A stretch of DNA of 64,000 nucleotides. It comes from a virus. The position numbers and the translations under genes were made by a program. The notes beneath the pieces were generated by a model. That model worked only from the letters and a program-made list of their open reading frames with translations, did not search any database and had not been told where the DNA came from. The stretch lies in the UHGV virus genome UHGV-1374396; one strand, 5' to 3'. Positions 29,144-38,525 of this stretch are shown here, piece after piece (the first letter of the stretch is position 1; the number at the start of each line of letters is the position of its first letter).

Positions 29144-29605
29144 TTAATAATAAGTTAATAGGTTAAAATATATGATAGCCAGAACTAATACTTCTCCTAC
29201 ATACATTGATTTTTTACCTATTGTAAAGTGGTATATAATGTACGATGTTATTACCCAACCAGTTATGTATGGGTGAAATATTGCTGACCATATAACAGAT
29301 GATATACAAGCTGTCCAAGCACCTATATTATGTGCAAGTTTACCGTGTGTTTTATAATGAGGTTCTGTTCCTACAAGTATCAAACCTATACAAGAAAAGA
29401 AAGCAAAACACCCATAATCCTCTGACATATTTACCATAGGTAAGAATAGTAAACCAGCAGTTATTACCATTACTACAGAGAAAAGCCATTTCTCTTTTGT
29501 GATGTAGTAATTATCCGAAATATACTCTCCGATACCATACCGTATAGCTGAATATGATAACCAACTACTCATGAGTAATAAGCTTATTAGTACTAGTGCT
29601 TGCAT
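29144..29605 (-). CDS. polytopic membrane protein (4 predicted TM helices) inside the structural module
   Basis: LVLISLLLMSSWLSY, LFSVVMVITAGLLFLPMV, CFAFFSCIGLILVG, ISSVIWSAIF and VLVLAIIYFNLL hydrophobic segments. Confidence 0.5.
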   Translation of the reverse strand: MQALVLISLLLMSSWLSYSAIRYGIGEYISDNYYITKEKWLFSVVMVITAGLLFLPMVNMSEDYGCFAFFSCIGLILVGTEPHYKTHGKLAHNIGAWTACISSVIWSAIFHPYITGWVITSYIIYHFTIGKKSMYVGEVLVLAIIYFNLLTYY

Positions 29606-29611
29606 AACTTA

Positions 29612-30133
29612 CTAAGTTTTAAAATTTAACTTCTCTGGGTAGTTAACTCTGTAATCATATGCTCTAACCTCTTGTATATTAGTAAGAGCCTTTACGTTTG
29701 CCTTATGTTCTTCGGTTGTATCAAAACAGCTTAAGGCATACTCCTCTAATTTGGATAATATACCTATAACAATATCACAGTTTAGTGTTACCTTTTGTCC
29801 CATAACCCATAGGGTTGTATCTGTTTTACCGAGATACTTAAGTCTAGCCGTAGAGTGCATCAAACCAACTCTAGTTTCTCTGTCTAACCAGAGAGGTATA
29901 CCATTTAGGAAGAACTGATTAACTTCATTACTTTGGTCATATACCTCTATGTCTAATAGTTTTGCCTCTTTCTCTTCGTTGAGTAATTCTGCCTCAGTCT
30001 TCTCTAGTTTAACTTCTTCAACGAAGCCAGCTGCCTTTAATTGGTCAGCTGAAGGGTTGAATATTACCATATCATTTATGGTAATTCTATTTGTTGCGTA
30101 AACTTTTACGCCGTCTACTTCTTTATACCACAT
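29612..30133 (-). CDS. structural hypothetical protein (173 aa)
   Basis: ORF in minus-strand structural train. Confidence 0.45.
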   Translation of the reverse strand: MWYKEVDGVKVYATNRITINDMVIFNPSADQLKAAGFVEEVKLEKTEAELLNEEKEAKLLDIEVYDQSNEVNQFFLNGIPLWLDRETRVGLMHSTARLKYLGKTDTTLWVMGQKVTLNCDIVIGILSKLEEYALSCFDTTEEHKANVKALTNIQEVRAYDYRVNYPEKLNFKT

Positions 30134-30135
30134 AG

Positions 30136-31320
30136 TTATCTTCTCTTCTTTAAAATTACTCTTTTATCTCTAGCAGCTCTACTTATTAAGTCACTTGGTA
30201 TTCTGTTTACCAATGACTCTGCTAATATAACACTACAAGTTGAATTATCTGGTACTGCACTGTTATCTACCATATAGGTAATACTATCTATATCAAGTTC
30301 AGCACAAGGTTCTAAGTCTAATAAGGTTAGTTTAGCACCTAGATTCTGTAACTTTATAGACTTTAACTTACGGCACAAGAAACTCACCCACGTTACATGG
30401 TTAATCATGAATATATTCATCTTATCAACGTAAGTTAAACGGTCACAGCCATAGAATGTACTGTATAAACTTGTACCATTACCTACTGGGTTCTCACTTA
30501 TACTGATACCATAACAAGATATTAACCTATTACATAGTTTAAATAAATCTTGTGGATCTCTTATCTTTACATTACCTAAGTCGGCCCATACTATCGGGTG
30601 CGACTTATTGTCTTTACTAACAGGAGTATTGAAAGTTAAGTACCTAATTTCTTCAGGTAAAGTTATTGTATTAAGTCCAGGTGTTAAAGGTATATCCTTA
30701 TTCTCACCACTGTTAAGTCTTATCTTAAGTACTGAATCGTCTCCACTTACAAGTATACGAGCTGGTCTAAGATTATCATCCTTTATTATTGGTGGAAAAA
30801 ACTCTTCCTTCAATACAAAGTTTCCAAACGTGAATGTAGGTGTTTGGTTATCGTTGATAGCAGTTAAAGGCATATGTAATATTATACTATCACTTTTAGT
30901 AATGAAATATAATATTACACTTTTCTTCTCTGGTTCAGTTGATATAGTATGATAAGCTAATGAATATTCTTCTCTTCTGCCGTATGACAGTATATCTCTA
31001 GAACTTTTTCCATCAAACACTATTATACCGAAAAGGTCTCCATACATAGTATAACTAGTTAACACTTCATAATCAAAGGTTAACTTATATAATGTGTTAG
31101 GTTTTACCTTTATTTTTTTCTCTAAAGCATCTACTCCAGGCACTAGACGTTTGATTTTCATAGTAGAGATATCGTCTTTCTTTACTATATCTATCAATGT
31201 GTTATTCCAGCCTCTATAATTTTCCCAGGACAAAAGATTGTTGATAGAACTAAATTCGCCACTATCATTCATATAACGTCTTCTACTCATAATTAATAGG
31301 ATTATTAAGCTAATACCCAA
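30136..31320 (-). CDS. structural hypothetical protein (394 aa)
   Basis: ORF in minus-strand structural train. Confidence 0.45.
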   Translation of the reverse strand: MGISLIILLIMSRRRYMNDSGEFSSINNLLSWENYRGWNNTLIDIVKKDDISTMKIKRLVPGVDALEKKIKVKPNTLYKLTFDYEVLTSYTMYGDLFGIIVFDGKSSRDILSYGRREEYSLAYHTISTEPEKKSVILYFITKSDSIILHMPLTAINDNQTPTFTFGNFVLKEEFFPPIIKDDNLRPARILVSGDDSVLKIRLNSGENKDIPLTPGLNTITLPEEIRYLTFNTPVSKDNKSHPIVWADLGNVKIRDPQDLFKLCNRLISCYGISISENPVGNGTSLYSTFYGCDRLTYVDKMNIFMINHVTWVSFLCRKLKSIKLQNLGAKLTLLDLEPCAELDIDSITYMVDNSAVPDNSTCSVILAESLVNRIPSDLISRAARDKRVILKKRR

Positions 31321-32231
31321 CTTGATATTAACACCGTATATTTGCCCATAATGGGGTTATACTTAAAGTGCATTTCATATACTCTGTTGATTTCTATCAC
31401 CATGTCCTTAGGTAGTAGAACTCCAGTGAAACTTATAGAGGGTGGTTGCATATTATCTGGGTACTTGTATAGATTATTACTTCTATAATCACAAGTATGT
31501 AGATACAATAGTATATCTGCTACCTCATCTCTATTCTCAGGCTGAGCTATTTCTTTTATCAGAAGCTTTGGAGTAAAGGGTAATAGCTTATAAACCTTTC
31601 CTGGTTGTAGTGTAATTTCCTTGGTACCAGCATTTTCAACAGGTGTTATAATCTCTGCTAATACCTTTTTGTTTTTAATCTCTCTAATAGAATCGTTGAT
31701 AGCATTGACTGCTCTTTCTCTAGTAGTAGTTTCAGTATTAATACTACCTCTTACTGTACCTAGTTCATTTCTTACAACTGATACCTTAGATTCTATTGCT
31801 GAGTTTAAACTTTCTGTCTTTACATAGCCAGATAAATCTACCTCTGGTGAGAAATTACCGAATACTTCCCACTTATTAGATTTGGGTAACCAGATATATT
31901 CCTTATGGTTTTGACCTTCTGTTCCTTCTGGTATAACAACGAATATCTTGTTTATATCAGCTTCTGAGGGTTTTGTTGGTAAGGCCAAAACTACCTTGAA
32001 TAATGTAGTATCAAGTGTAACAGATAGTTCTCCTGTTGGAGAAAGTGTTAGACCTTTACCCATTATTAGGGCATCTTGTTTGGTGTTTATAGTAGAAGTT
32101 AGAGAAGCCCTTAGCTTCTCTATATTACTATTTACAAACTTCTTGATAATTCTAACTACTATTTGTAAACCAGTAGCACTTAGGAATTTGCCCTTTTCCT
32201 TAGATTCTTGAATAATTGTTTCTTTACTCAT
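31305..32231 (-). CDS. structural hypothetical protein (308 aa), possibly fiber-associated
   Basis: ORF immediately downstream of the coiled-coil fiber gene. Confidence 0.45.
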   Translation of the reverse strand: MSKETIIQESKEKGKFLSATGLQIVVRIIKKFVNSNIEKLRASLTSTINTKQDALIMGKGLTLSPTGELSVTLDTTLFKVVLALPTKPSEADINKIFVVIPEGTEGQNHKEYIWLPKSNKWEVFGNFSPEVDLSGYVKTESLNSAIESKVSVVRNELGTVRGSINTETTTRERAVNAINDSIREIKNKKVLAEIITPVENAGTKEITLQPGKVYKLLPFTPKLLIKEIAQPENRDEVADILLYLHTCDYRSNNLYKYPDNMQPPSISFTGVLLPKDMVIEINRVYEMHFKYNPIMGKYTVLISSWVLA

Positions 32232-32243
32232 ATGTGTAGTTTA

Positions 32244-34601
32244 TTATGATTCTAGAATATCATTAACTAATGTATCAACTTCTTCTTCAGTTAAAGATTT
32301 TATTTTCTCTAGCCCAGAATTTAAGTCTGTGATACCTTGTTTGTTAGTATCAATCAACTGATTCATACGGGCCTCTACTGCTCTTGAAGTACTTGATTCA
32401 GAAGCTAAGTCCTTAGTTAACTTATTAACCTGATTAGTTAGTGTTTGGTCCTTATTGGTAAATCCTTCAGAACGTCTCTCTTCTGCAGATAATCTACTTT
32501 GTAAAGAAGATATTTCAGTATCCTGTTGTCTTACCTTCTCCTCAAGTGTATGTATAGTTTCAGTATATGCGGTTCTAAGACTATCTAAACCGTTTTTAAT
32601 ACTGTTTATCTTATCTGAGCTTTCTAATGTACTTAGTACGTACTGTTTTAAAGATCTATCAAGGTCTGTTAATCCTTGTGTATAACTATTTACTGCACTA
32701 GTTAATTGTTCACGTAACTCAGCAGCAGTACTGTTTAAAGAAGTATTTACACCTTTTATCTTAGTGAGAATATCTTCTTTGGTATCATTAAGCTCTTTCT
32801 CCCAACGTTGTATTAATGTAAGGTTACGTTGGATAGCAGCTGTATTCTCTGTAACTTGAGGAGTATTATTTGTGTTACTCTGTAGTTGTTTATATAGATC
32901 TCCTAACTTAGTTAAGATACCATTATTAACCTTCTCCTGGTCTAGTTTATTAGAAGATATAATTTGTTTTAAAACATTGTCTGCAGATATGTATCTAGAT
33001 TCTAAGGCAGATATTTCTCTAAGTAGCTCTGTTTTAATTAGATTGGTATACTGTTTAGATACATCGTTAGAATTCTTTACATCTGATATTACACCATCAA
33101 TTGAAAGCTTATTCTGATTCAATTGTTCTGCTATTGCTGTAATACGTGAAATTATTGTAGCACTTGTGTTACTACCATCCTCAAGAGATTTTGATAACTC
33201 TTTAAGTGTATTGATAGTATCAGGGGCTACGCCCATAACCTTTTGTATAGATGCTTCTACTTCTTCTAAAGTTTGGAAATTTAAATCGTTTTGAAGTTGA
33301 GATACTTTACTTACCTTATTAGCTAATGCTTCTATACCCTCTAATTTTGCTTTATGCGCATCTGTAAAATCATTAGATGATAATACCTTGCCTGCTTGTT
33401 TATCTACCTTACCATTCTTAAGCTCTGTATAAGCATTAGTTCTGGCAGTAGATTCTTCTGATATCTTGTCTGTTAGTTCGGTTTTAATACTTTCTACCTT
33501 ACCTTTTAAATCAGAAGTTGTTTTGGTATTCTCAGTATCAGCTGCAATTCTCTGTTTGGTTTCCTCAGCAATTTTCTTATCTAATTCAGAAAAGCTGGTT
33601 TTTCTATCTTGTATTTCCTTATCTACTTTGGCATTAGTAGCAGTATCTTTTGTGTTTAACTTATTAGTTAAGGAACTTTCAAGAGCAGTAATAGCTTGTC
33701 TACGTTCAGTTACTTCTGTTACTAAACGATTATCTAAATCCTTATCTGCAGCAGTACGTTTTGAAGTCTCAGAATCTAGTTTAGATGTTAACTCTGAATC
33801 AGCTGCAATACGGTTAAGTTTCTCTTCTTGAATAGCTGAATCTATTCTTGAGTTATTGTTTTGTACAGTTGATTCTAACTGAGTTATCTTCTCCTTGTTT
33901 GTATTCTCAGCCTGTGTAGCTCTATTGGCTTCATTTGATACCAATTCAAGAGCTTGGTCTTTTAACTCCTGTACTTTTTCTGTTACAGTAGTACTCAATG
34001 AAGATAGGGTCTTTTCATTTGAATCAATACGTTTATTTGATTCTTTCAATGACTGCTTTATCTCCTCAGTAGTTCTACGTAAGTTACCTGATACTTTTTC
34101 GTGATTAGTATCTACTTTGGCTGCAAGAGAATCTATACTTTTATCTAATCTATAACGGTCTTCTCTTGACTTATCTACTTCTTTGTCGATAGTTTTTTGT
34201 AGAGCTGTTAACTTGTTAACTGTCTCAGTAGCAAAATTAGGGTTACCTGCTAGAGTATCTGCCAACTCTTTTAGAGCTTCTAGTGCTCTTGGAGAACCTT
34301 CTACTAATCTGTCTAAAGCTCTCTTTACATCATACTCTGTTTGGAAATTTAAATCGTTTTGAAGTTGAGATACTCGGTTAATTTCTTCTAACCGTTCTAG
34401 TTTACTTTTAAGTGTATCATTAAAGTCATTCTTTGAAAGTCCATAACCTTCTTTCTTAGATACTTTATCTGATACACTTATAACTGATTTCCAGAATTCT
34501 ACAATAGTACCGGTAAAACCGTTAGCTACTGCATCATCATAATAACCCTGAAGCAGTCTCTGGTCTATCTGCTCACCGGTATAGTGTTTACTAGTGTACA
34601 T
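32244..34601 (-). CDS. large coiled-coil fibrous protein (head/neck/tail fiber or whisker-like), with internal domain duplication
   Basis: 785 aa, heptad-like low-complexity throughout. Carries a duplicated GLSKNDFNDTLKSKLERLEEINRVSQLQNDLNFQT / VLSSNDFTDAHKAKLEGIEALANKVSKVSQLQNDLNFQT block. The NDFT.A.K.KL.GI motif is common in phage fiber repeats. Confidence 0.55.
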   Translation of the reverse strand: MYTSKHYTGEQIDQRLLQGYYDDAVANGFTGTIVEFWKSVISVSDKVSKKEGYGLSKNDFNDTLKSKLERLEEINRVSQLQNDLNFQTEYDVKRALDRLVEGSPRALEALKELADTLAGNPNFATETVNKLTALQKTIDKEVDKSREDRYRLDKSIDSLAAKVDTNHEKVSGNLRRTTEEIKQSLKESNKRIDSNEKTLSSLSTTVTEKVQELKDQALELVSNEANRATQAENTNKEKITQLESTVQNNNSRIDSAIQEEKLNRIAADSELTSKLDSETSKRTAADKDLDNRLVTEVTERRQAITALESSLTNKLNTKDTATNAKVDKEIQDRKTSFSELDKKIAEETKQRIAADTENTKTTSDLKGKVESIKTELTDKISEESTARTNAYTELKNGKVDKQAGKVLSSNDFTDAHKAKLEGIEALANKVSKVSQLQNDLNFQTLEEVEASIQKVMGVAPDTINTLKELSKSLEDGSNTSATIISRITAIAEQLNQNKLSIDGVISDVKNSNDVSKQYTNLIKTELLREISALESRYISADNVLKQIISSNKLDQEKVNNGILTKLGDLYKQLQSNTNNTPQVTENTAAIQRNLTLIQRWEKELNDTKEDILTKIKGVNTSLNSTAAELREQLTSAVNSYTQGLTDLDRSLKQYVLSTLESSDKINSIKNGLDSLRTAYTETIHTLEEKVRQQDTEISSLQSRLSAEERRSEGFTNKDQTLTNQVNKLTKDLASESSTSRAVEARMNQLIDTNKQGITDLNSGLEKIKSLTEEEVDTLVNDILES

Positions 34602-34617
34602 ATATTAAAATGTTTTA

Positions 34618-35034
34618 TTAGTTTTTACCTGCAAATATTTCACCATCTCTACTTAGGAAGTATGTACCTTCACTACCAGCAAAACCATTTTGAATACTTT
34701 CAGGATTATCTGGGTTAGTATCTCCAGCATCTTGTAACTCTTCACCAATTATAGTACCACGTATTGGTAATTTATTTATTCTAAACTTTACTATCTGACC
34801 CACACCTAAGAAAGGTTCAGGTGTTATGTGAAGCTTACCAAAATAATCTTGATAAAAAGAATCGAATTTCTCTCCTGTTAAACTTCTTAGATAGCTGATA
34901 TCTATACCAACATCTTCAGAAGCATCGATTTGTAGTAATGTAGGTCCAGTTACTTTCACTAAGTTACTTTCATAGTAAAACTTATCATTGTTAGCTTTAA
35001 CTTTTGTCCACCTTAGTGTAAGGAACTTTGCCAT
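34618..35034 (-). CDS. head-tail connector region hypothetical protein (138 aa)
   Basis: ORF, stop/start abutting neighbours. Confidence 0.45.
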   Translation of the reverse strand: MAKFLTLRWTKVKANNDKFYYESNLVKVTGPTLLQIDASEDVGIDISYLRSLTGEKFDSFYQDYFGKLHITPEPFLGVGQIVKFRINKLPIRGTIIGEELQDAGDTNPDNPESIQNGFAGSEGTYFLSRDGEIFAGKN

Positions 35035-35531
35035 TATTTTAAAAATTTAATAACTGAATTACTATCCACTTTTAGGATAATCATATATACTATCGCTTCG
35101 TCTTTAGCTTGTGCAACTTGAGTATCACCTGAAGGCCTATAGACTTTACCATTGATTAGGAATCTATCTTCTGCCCAGTTTAAATCAAGTTTATAAGAAC
35201 CATCACCTAAATCTACATAATACTTACCACCTTGTAATTCTCTTAAATAATCCTGTGATATTAAGATAGATAAGTTTTCTTGGTTATTTTCTCCAGCTAC
35301 AGTACTTTCGTTGATTGGCCAGTTTCTAAAATAGTTATAGAAACATAATGCCTCTATATCAATCTTCTCATAGTATGGTGTAAAGTCTTCACCATGTGAA
35401 AGCATCTGGTCTACGTGTCTTGCCCATACTATAGATTGCCTTCCAGCGTCTAGGTCTAAAAAAGCTTTAATGTGTTTTTTATACCTATCCCAAGATTTAT
35501 TACTAACTAGATGTCTACCGCTTTTAGTCAT
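35034..35531 (-). CDS. head-tail connector region hypothetical protein (165 aa)
   Basis: ORF in train. Confidence 0.45.
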   Translation of the reverse strand: MTKSGRHLVSNKSWDRYKKHIKAFLDLDAGRQSIVWARHVDQMLSHGEDFTPYYEKIDIEALCFYNYFRNWPINESTVAGENNQENLSILISQDYLRELQGGKYYVDLGDGSYKLDLNWAEDRFLINGKVYRPSGDTQVAQAKDEAIVYMIILKVDSNSVIKFLK

Positions 35532-35533
35532 AA

Positions 35534-36433
35534 TTAACCTTTTGATACTATGTTGAATTCTTCACTACCTGATGATATAGGGTATGTTGGGTTTGGTCCA
35601 CTTAACTTAGTAGGTACTCTACGATTTACTACTCTTGGTACTACTGGTATAAGTGGTTTATTACATATAGGTAAGAATATTTCTAATCTTGAAGCCAACA
35701 TACATAAGTTCTGCCTAAGCAGATCTATAACCCCACCAGGTTTAAGAGCTGTAAGATAATGGTTAATCAAACCATCTGTTGATTCGGTTACTGTATCATA
35801 ATACTCTATCTCAGTAGGTCCAGTAGTAATATGTTTAATACGGTCTCCTCTAGCTGAATCTTCTTCGCCTGATTCGTTTGTCTTTGTTGAGATTACTTCC
35901 TTTATATAATGACCAGTTCCCATTAATAAATTTAATATCTTTACATATAGATAATCAAACGCAGCCAATTCCATTATTAGTTGGTTCTCTAGACCTTCAT
36001 AATATAATTCATTGTTGTATTGCTCTAGCGGTATTTCATTTTCACTAGAACGTACAACTAATGGTTGGATATATAATTGCCATTTGTTGATATATAAAGA
36101 TTTATCAGCCTGTGTCATACCCTTAACTAATTCCTCTGGTATATATGAATCTATCAAATTATATATACTATCAGATAGATGTGTTTTTACTACATCAGAT
36201 ATTAAGAGTGTTTTAGTTACCTCTCCAACTACACCATCAGTTGAATTCTCTAATTTTAGATTTATATGATATATACCTGGTCTACTGTAAGTATGTGAAG
36301 GAGTTCTTTTATTGTATTCCCCACCCGTATCATCACCAAAGTCCCAACTAGGTATTAAACTAGCAGGGACTTTTGATAATAATTGGAAATTTGCAGTTAG
36401 ACCTTCGGTTATAATCTGAAAGTCTATGCTCAT
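35534..36433 (-). CDS. head-tail connector region hypothetical protein (299 aa)
   Basis: ORF in train. Confidence 0.45.
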   Translation of the reverse strand: MSIDFQIITEGLTANFQLLSKVPASLIPSWDFGDDTGGEYNKRTPSHTYSRPGIYHINLKLENSTDGVVGEVTKTLLISDVVKTHLSDSIYNLIDSYIPEELVKGMTQADKSLYINKWQLYIQPLVVRSSENEIPLEQYNNELYYEGLENQLIMELAAFDYLYVKILNLLMGTGHYIKEVISTKTNESGEEDSARGDRIKHITTGPTEIEYYDTVTESTDGLINHYLTALKPGGVIDLLRQNLCMLASRLEIFLPICNKPLIPVVPRVVNRRVPTKLSGPNPTYPISSGSEEFNIVSKG

Positions 36434-36438
36434 AATTG

Positions 36439-36867
36439 TTATTTATTAGATTCCATCTCTTCAATTACAGCAGTAAGTAGAGTGTCTACTGTATCACCTT
36501 CTTCAGCTTCTATTCCGTATACTTCAGAAGCAATTAGTGATAACTCCTCTAAAGTGAAGGCTTTAGCAATCTTTTTAATCTCCATTCCTTCTGAATGTAA
36601 TTTATGAAGTTTAGCGTTCAAAGTGTTTGCTCTGTCTTCATCGATAGTGTTTTGAGTTTCTTCCTCAGTCACATATTCCAAGTGACCTGAGGTTAGAGCT
36701 CTTCTTACTTTTATTGAGTTAATTTGGTTTGGTTTTAATTCCTTAACCTCACCTCTTGATACTTGTAAGCCTAATGAAGCATCATAGAAACTGTAAGCTT
36801 CTGAACCTAATTTTACTTTACGTAAGTTTGTTTTTGCCATATTCTTTATATTTGTTATGTTATACAA
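36439..36867 (-). CDS. head-associated hypothetical protein (142 aa)
   Basis: ORF directly downstream of the capsid-candidate gene. Confidence 0.45.
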   Translation of the reverse strand: MYNITNIKNMAKTNLRKVKLGSEAYSFYDASLGLQVSRGEVKELKPNQINSIKVRRALTSGHLEYVTEEETQNTIDEDRANTLNAKLHKLHSEGMEIKKIAKAFTLEELSLIASEVYGIEAEEGDTVDTLLTAVIEEMESNK

Positions 36868-36887
36868 CTTGATTAAAGTTAAATAGT

Positions 36888-38006
36888 CTAATCAAGATTA
36901 ACTGACAAGAATGGGTCGATGTTCATGAAGCTTGGGAAGCTATGAGCTGTAAACATCTTACTTGAATCAAGTAACAAAGCAGCATCTTGGTACATCTTAC
37001 AGAATCCAGTTGTAAGAGAAGCATATGTTGCTTGTGTTTGGTTAGATACGATTCTTTCAGATTCAAGCATAAGCTCCTTAGCTGTAAGCTTAATAAGAGC
37101 AGCAGATCTGTCTACCAATAGTAATTGGTTATCTGGTGTATTTGGGTGAATCCAGAAGTTAGCTTGGTTTGGTACTGGGCTCTTAACGTTAAGAGTTGCA
37201 TCAGTAGTACCGCTCTTACGTTCTTTGAATTCCTTCAAATCCAACATCTCAATTGCTTGGTCTTCGCCACCGATTAAGTTTTGGTAGTTACGGCCAAGTC
37301 GAGAACCTCTTACCCAGATGTGTAATAGGTCTTTATATTGAATACCCTTGGTAGTATCATATACACCAATTACTGGAGCAGATTCAGCACCGTTAGCCAT
37401 GTTACCGTTCATTAGTACATCCATTGCCAATGAATCAAGAGCATAACCTAATTGGATACCGAAATCACGAAGGTAGATACCCAATACGTCGATTGAAACG
37501 TAGTTACGAACTTCGTCGGTTAGTTTGAAACCCTTACCAATCTTAAAGATTGATACTGACTTCTCGCCATAGCTGATGTCTCCCAATGGGATAGTTTCAG
37601 CTTCGTTAACTTTAGCTGGAGCAGCATCAGACATGTTGATGTGTGGCATTGTAACTTTAAGGTTACTTACCTTCTCATCATGTGCAATAAGATTTGGATA
37701 GAATGGAGCCTTTCTGATACCTGATACGATAGCAGTACGGATGATTTCTGGAACCAACCAACGTACTGAAGAATCTGGCATAGTGAATAGGTTCTCCATA
37801 GTAGTCATTCTAGGGTTGATACCTAACTTGTCGTAGTAGTCTTCAACTGAAAGACCATACTTTTCCTTTACCATCTCTTCTAGAGAGATATCGCAGCATA
37901 CGTTATCTTTAGTACCTGTACGAGCAGAATCCATGAACTTAACCAACTCTGGAAGTTCTTTGATAAAATCACCTGCTTTATAATTTTCGATATTTACTTT
38001 TGACAT
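36888..38006 (-). CDS. major capsid protein candidate
   Basis: 372-aa ORF downstream of the portal and protease/scaffold-position genes; called by size and synteny only. Confidence 0.45.
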   Translation of the reverse strand: MSKVNIENYKAGDFIKELPELVKFMDSARTGTKDNVCCDISLEEMVKEKYGLSVEDYYDKLGINPRMTTMENLFTMPDSSVRWLVPEIIRTAIVSGIRKAPFYPNLIAHDEKVSNLKVTMPHINMSDAAPAKVNEAETIPLGDISYGEKSVSIFKIGKGFKLTDEVRNYVSIDVLGIYLRDFGIQLGYALDSLAMDVLMNGNMANGAESAPVIGVYDTTKGIQYKDLLHIWVRGSRLGRNYQNLIGGEDQAIEMLDLKEFKERKSGTTDATLNVKSPVPNQANFWIHPNTPDNQLLLVDRSAALIKLTAKELMLESERIVSNQTQATYASLTTGFCKMYQDAALLLDSSKMFTAHSFPSFMNIDPFLSVNLD

Positions 38007-38035
38007 AATTCTTTTCTTTTGTTGTGTTACTTTAC

Positions 38036-38488
38036 TTATCGGATTAATACTCGTACAACCTCATTAGCATCAGTTGCTTCTGTAATAGCAATGAAGTTGG
38101 TTTTGTCAGTAGACTTAGTTACTTCTACAAAGTGACCAGACTTAATCTGACCTGTTGGTTTAACGTAGCCTGGTTTAAGAGCAGCATCTGATACATAGTT
38201 ACATGTAGCAAAAGCTTCTACCATTACAGTTACTTCAATTGGGAAATTACGTTGACCTGGGTAAGCAGGGTGTTCACTATTTGTTACAGCAATTCCAAGG
38301 TATACTTGGTTTGCTGCTCCAGTATATGGAGTAATTTCACCTGCATCAGTAATAGCTACTGGCATACCTTTGTAGATCTTTTCACCTTGTTTTACACAGA
38401 ATGCTTCGTGTAGTTTGTGAGATTCACTCTTATAGATAACTACTCTGGGAGTTTTTTCACCCATAAGGGTTAATGGTTTTTGTTCCAT
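38036..38488 (-). CDS. head decoration/structural protein candidate (150 aa)
   Basis: Position between scaffold-like and capsid-candidate genes (as lambda D before E). Confidence 0.3.
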   Translation of the reverse strand: MEQKPLTLMGEKTPRVVIYKSESHKLHEAFCVKQGEKIYKGMPVAITDAGEITPYTGAANQVYLGIAVTNSEHPAYPGQRNFPIEVTVMVEAFATCNYVSDAALKPGYVKPTGQIKSGHFVEVTKSTDKTNFIAITEATDANEVVRVLIR

Positions 38489-38525
38489 AATTTAGATATA
38501 TTATTTAATTAATATTACTTGTTTG

